Of a stretch of DNA of 34,225 bases, positions 33,929 to 34,225 are shown in pieces (the first letter of the stretch is position 1; each line of letters opens with the position of its first letter). Origin of the DNA: Octopus bimaculoides (Eukaryota); contig NC_068988.1 in assembly GCF_001194135.2 (NCBI RefSeq), forward strand, positions 74,628,644 to 74,662,868, given 5' to 3'. The notes beneath the pieces were generated by a model. That model searched no databases and had not been told where the DNA came from. It worked only from the letters and a program-made list of their open reading frames with translations. Made by a program: the position numbers and the translations under genes.

Positions 33929-34225
33929 TGTGTAATATGTATTGTTTGAATTTCTTTGAAATAGGAAATATATGTATGTTCACTGGGTTTGTAAAAGAGA
34001 GCGAAGCTACAGGAAACCAAAAGATGAATGATCACGATAATCAGTCAGCTACCCTAGCCTAGTCGTTACTATTCCCCAATGTAGGATTCCTCACTATACA
34101 GGTGACAGGCACAGCTGTAAGATGCATTACGGATCTATAGCAATTGGAAGGGCATGACCCAATTGAAATAACAACGTGTGACGTTTGGAGTAAAGGGAAA
34201 TGAAAGTGTCGCCTCTGGAGTTTGC

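Overview
AT-rich eukaryotic genomic DNA from a draft assembly with three N gaps. The repeat families and microsatellites suggest an octopus (coleoid cephalopod); this is an inference. The one clear host gene is nicalin (NCLN) on the minus strand. Six internal coding exons (14478-14668, 13423-13567, 8804-8898, 4678-4761, 3460-3563, 1125-1213) have canonical AG/GT ends and matching phases, and they splice into one 708-nt stop-free frame. The first coding exon was not found and the gene continues past the left edge. The rest is a dense set of decayed transposons: RTE, CR1-like, CRE-like and HERO-like LINEs; tRNA-derived SINEs; mariner/maT, Chapaev3-like and Sola2-like DNA transposons; Helitron pieces; a MITE; and minisatellites. 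No new multi-gene system is supported. The best leads are a flip in LINE orientation at about 21 kb that coincides with a CpG-rich patch, a HERO-CR1-RTE head-to-tail chimera, a hairpin-bearing VNTR in an RTE 3' UTR, and a CRE-clade element. TE family names come from recalled motifs, not database searches, and most TE boundaries are approximate.
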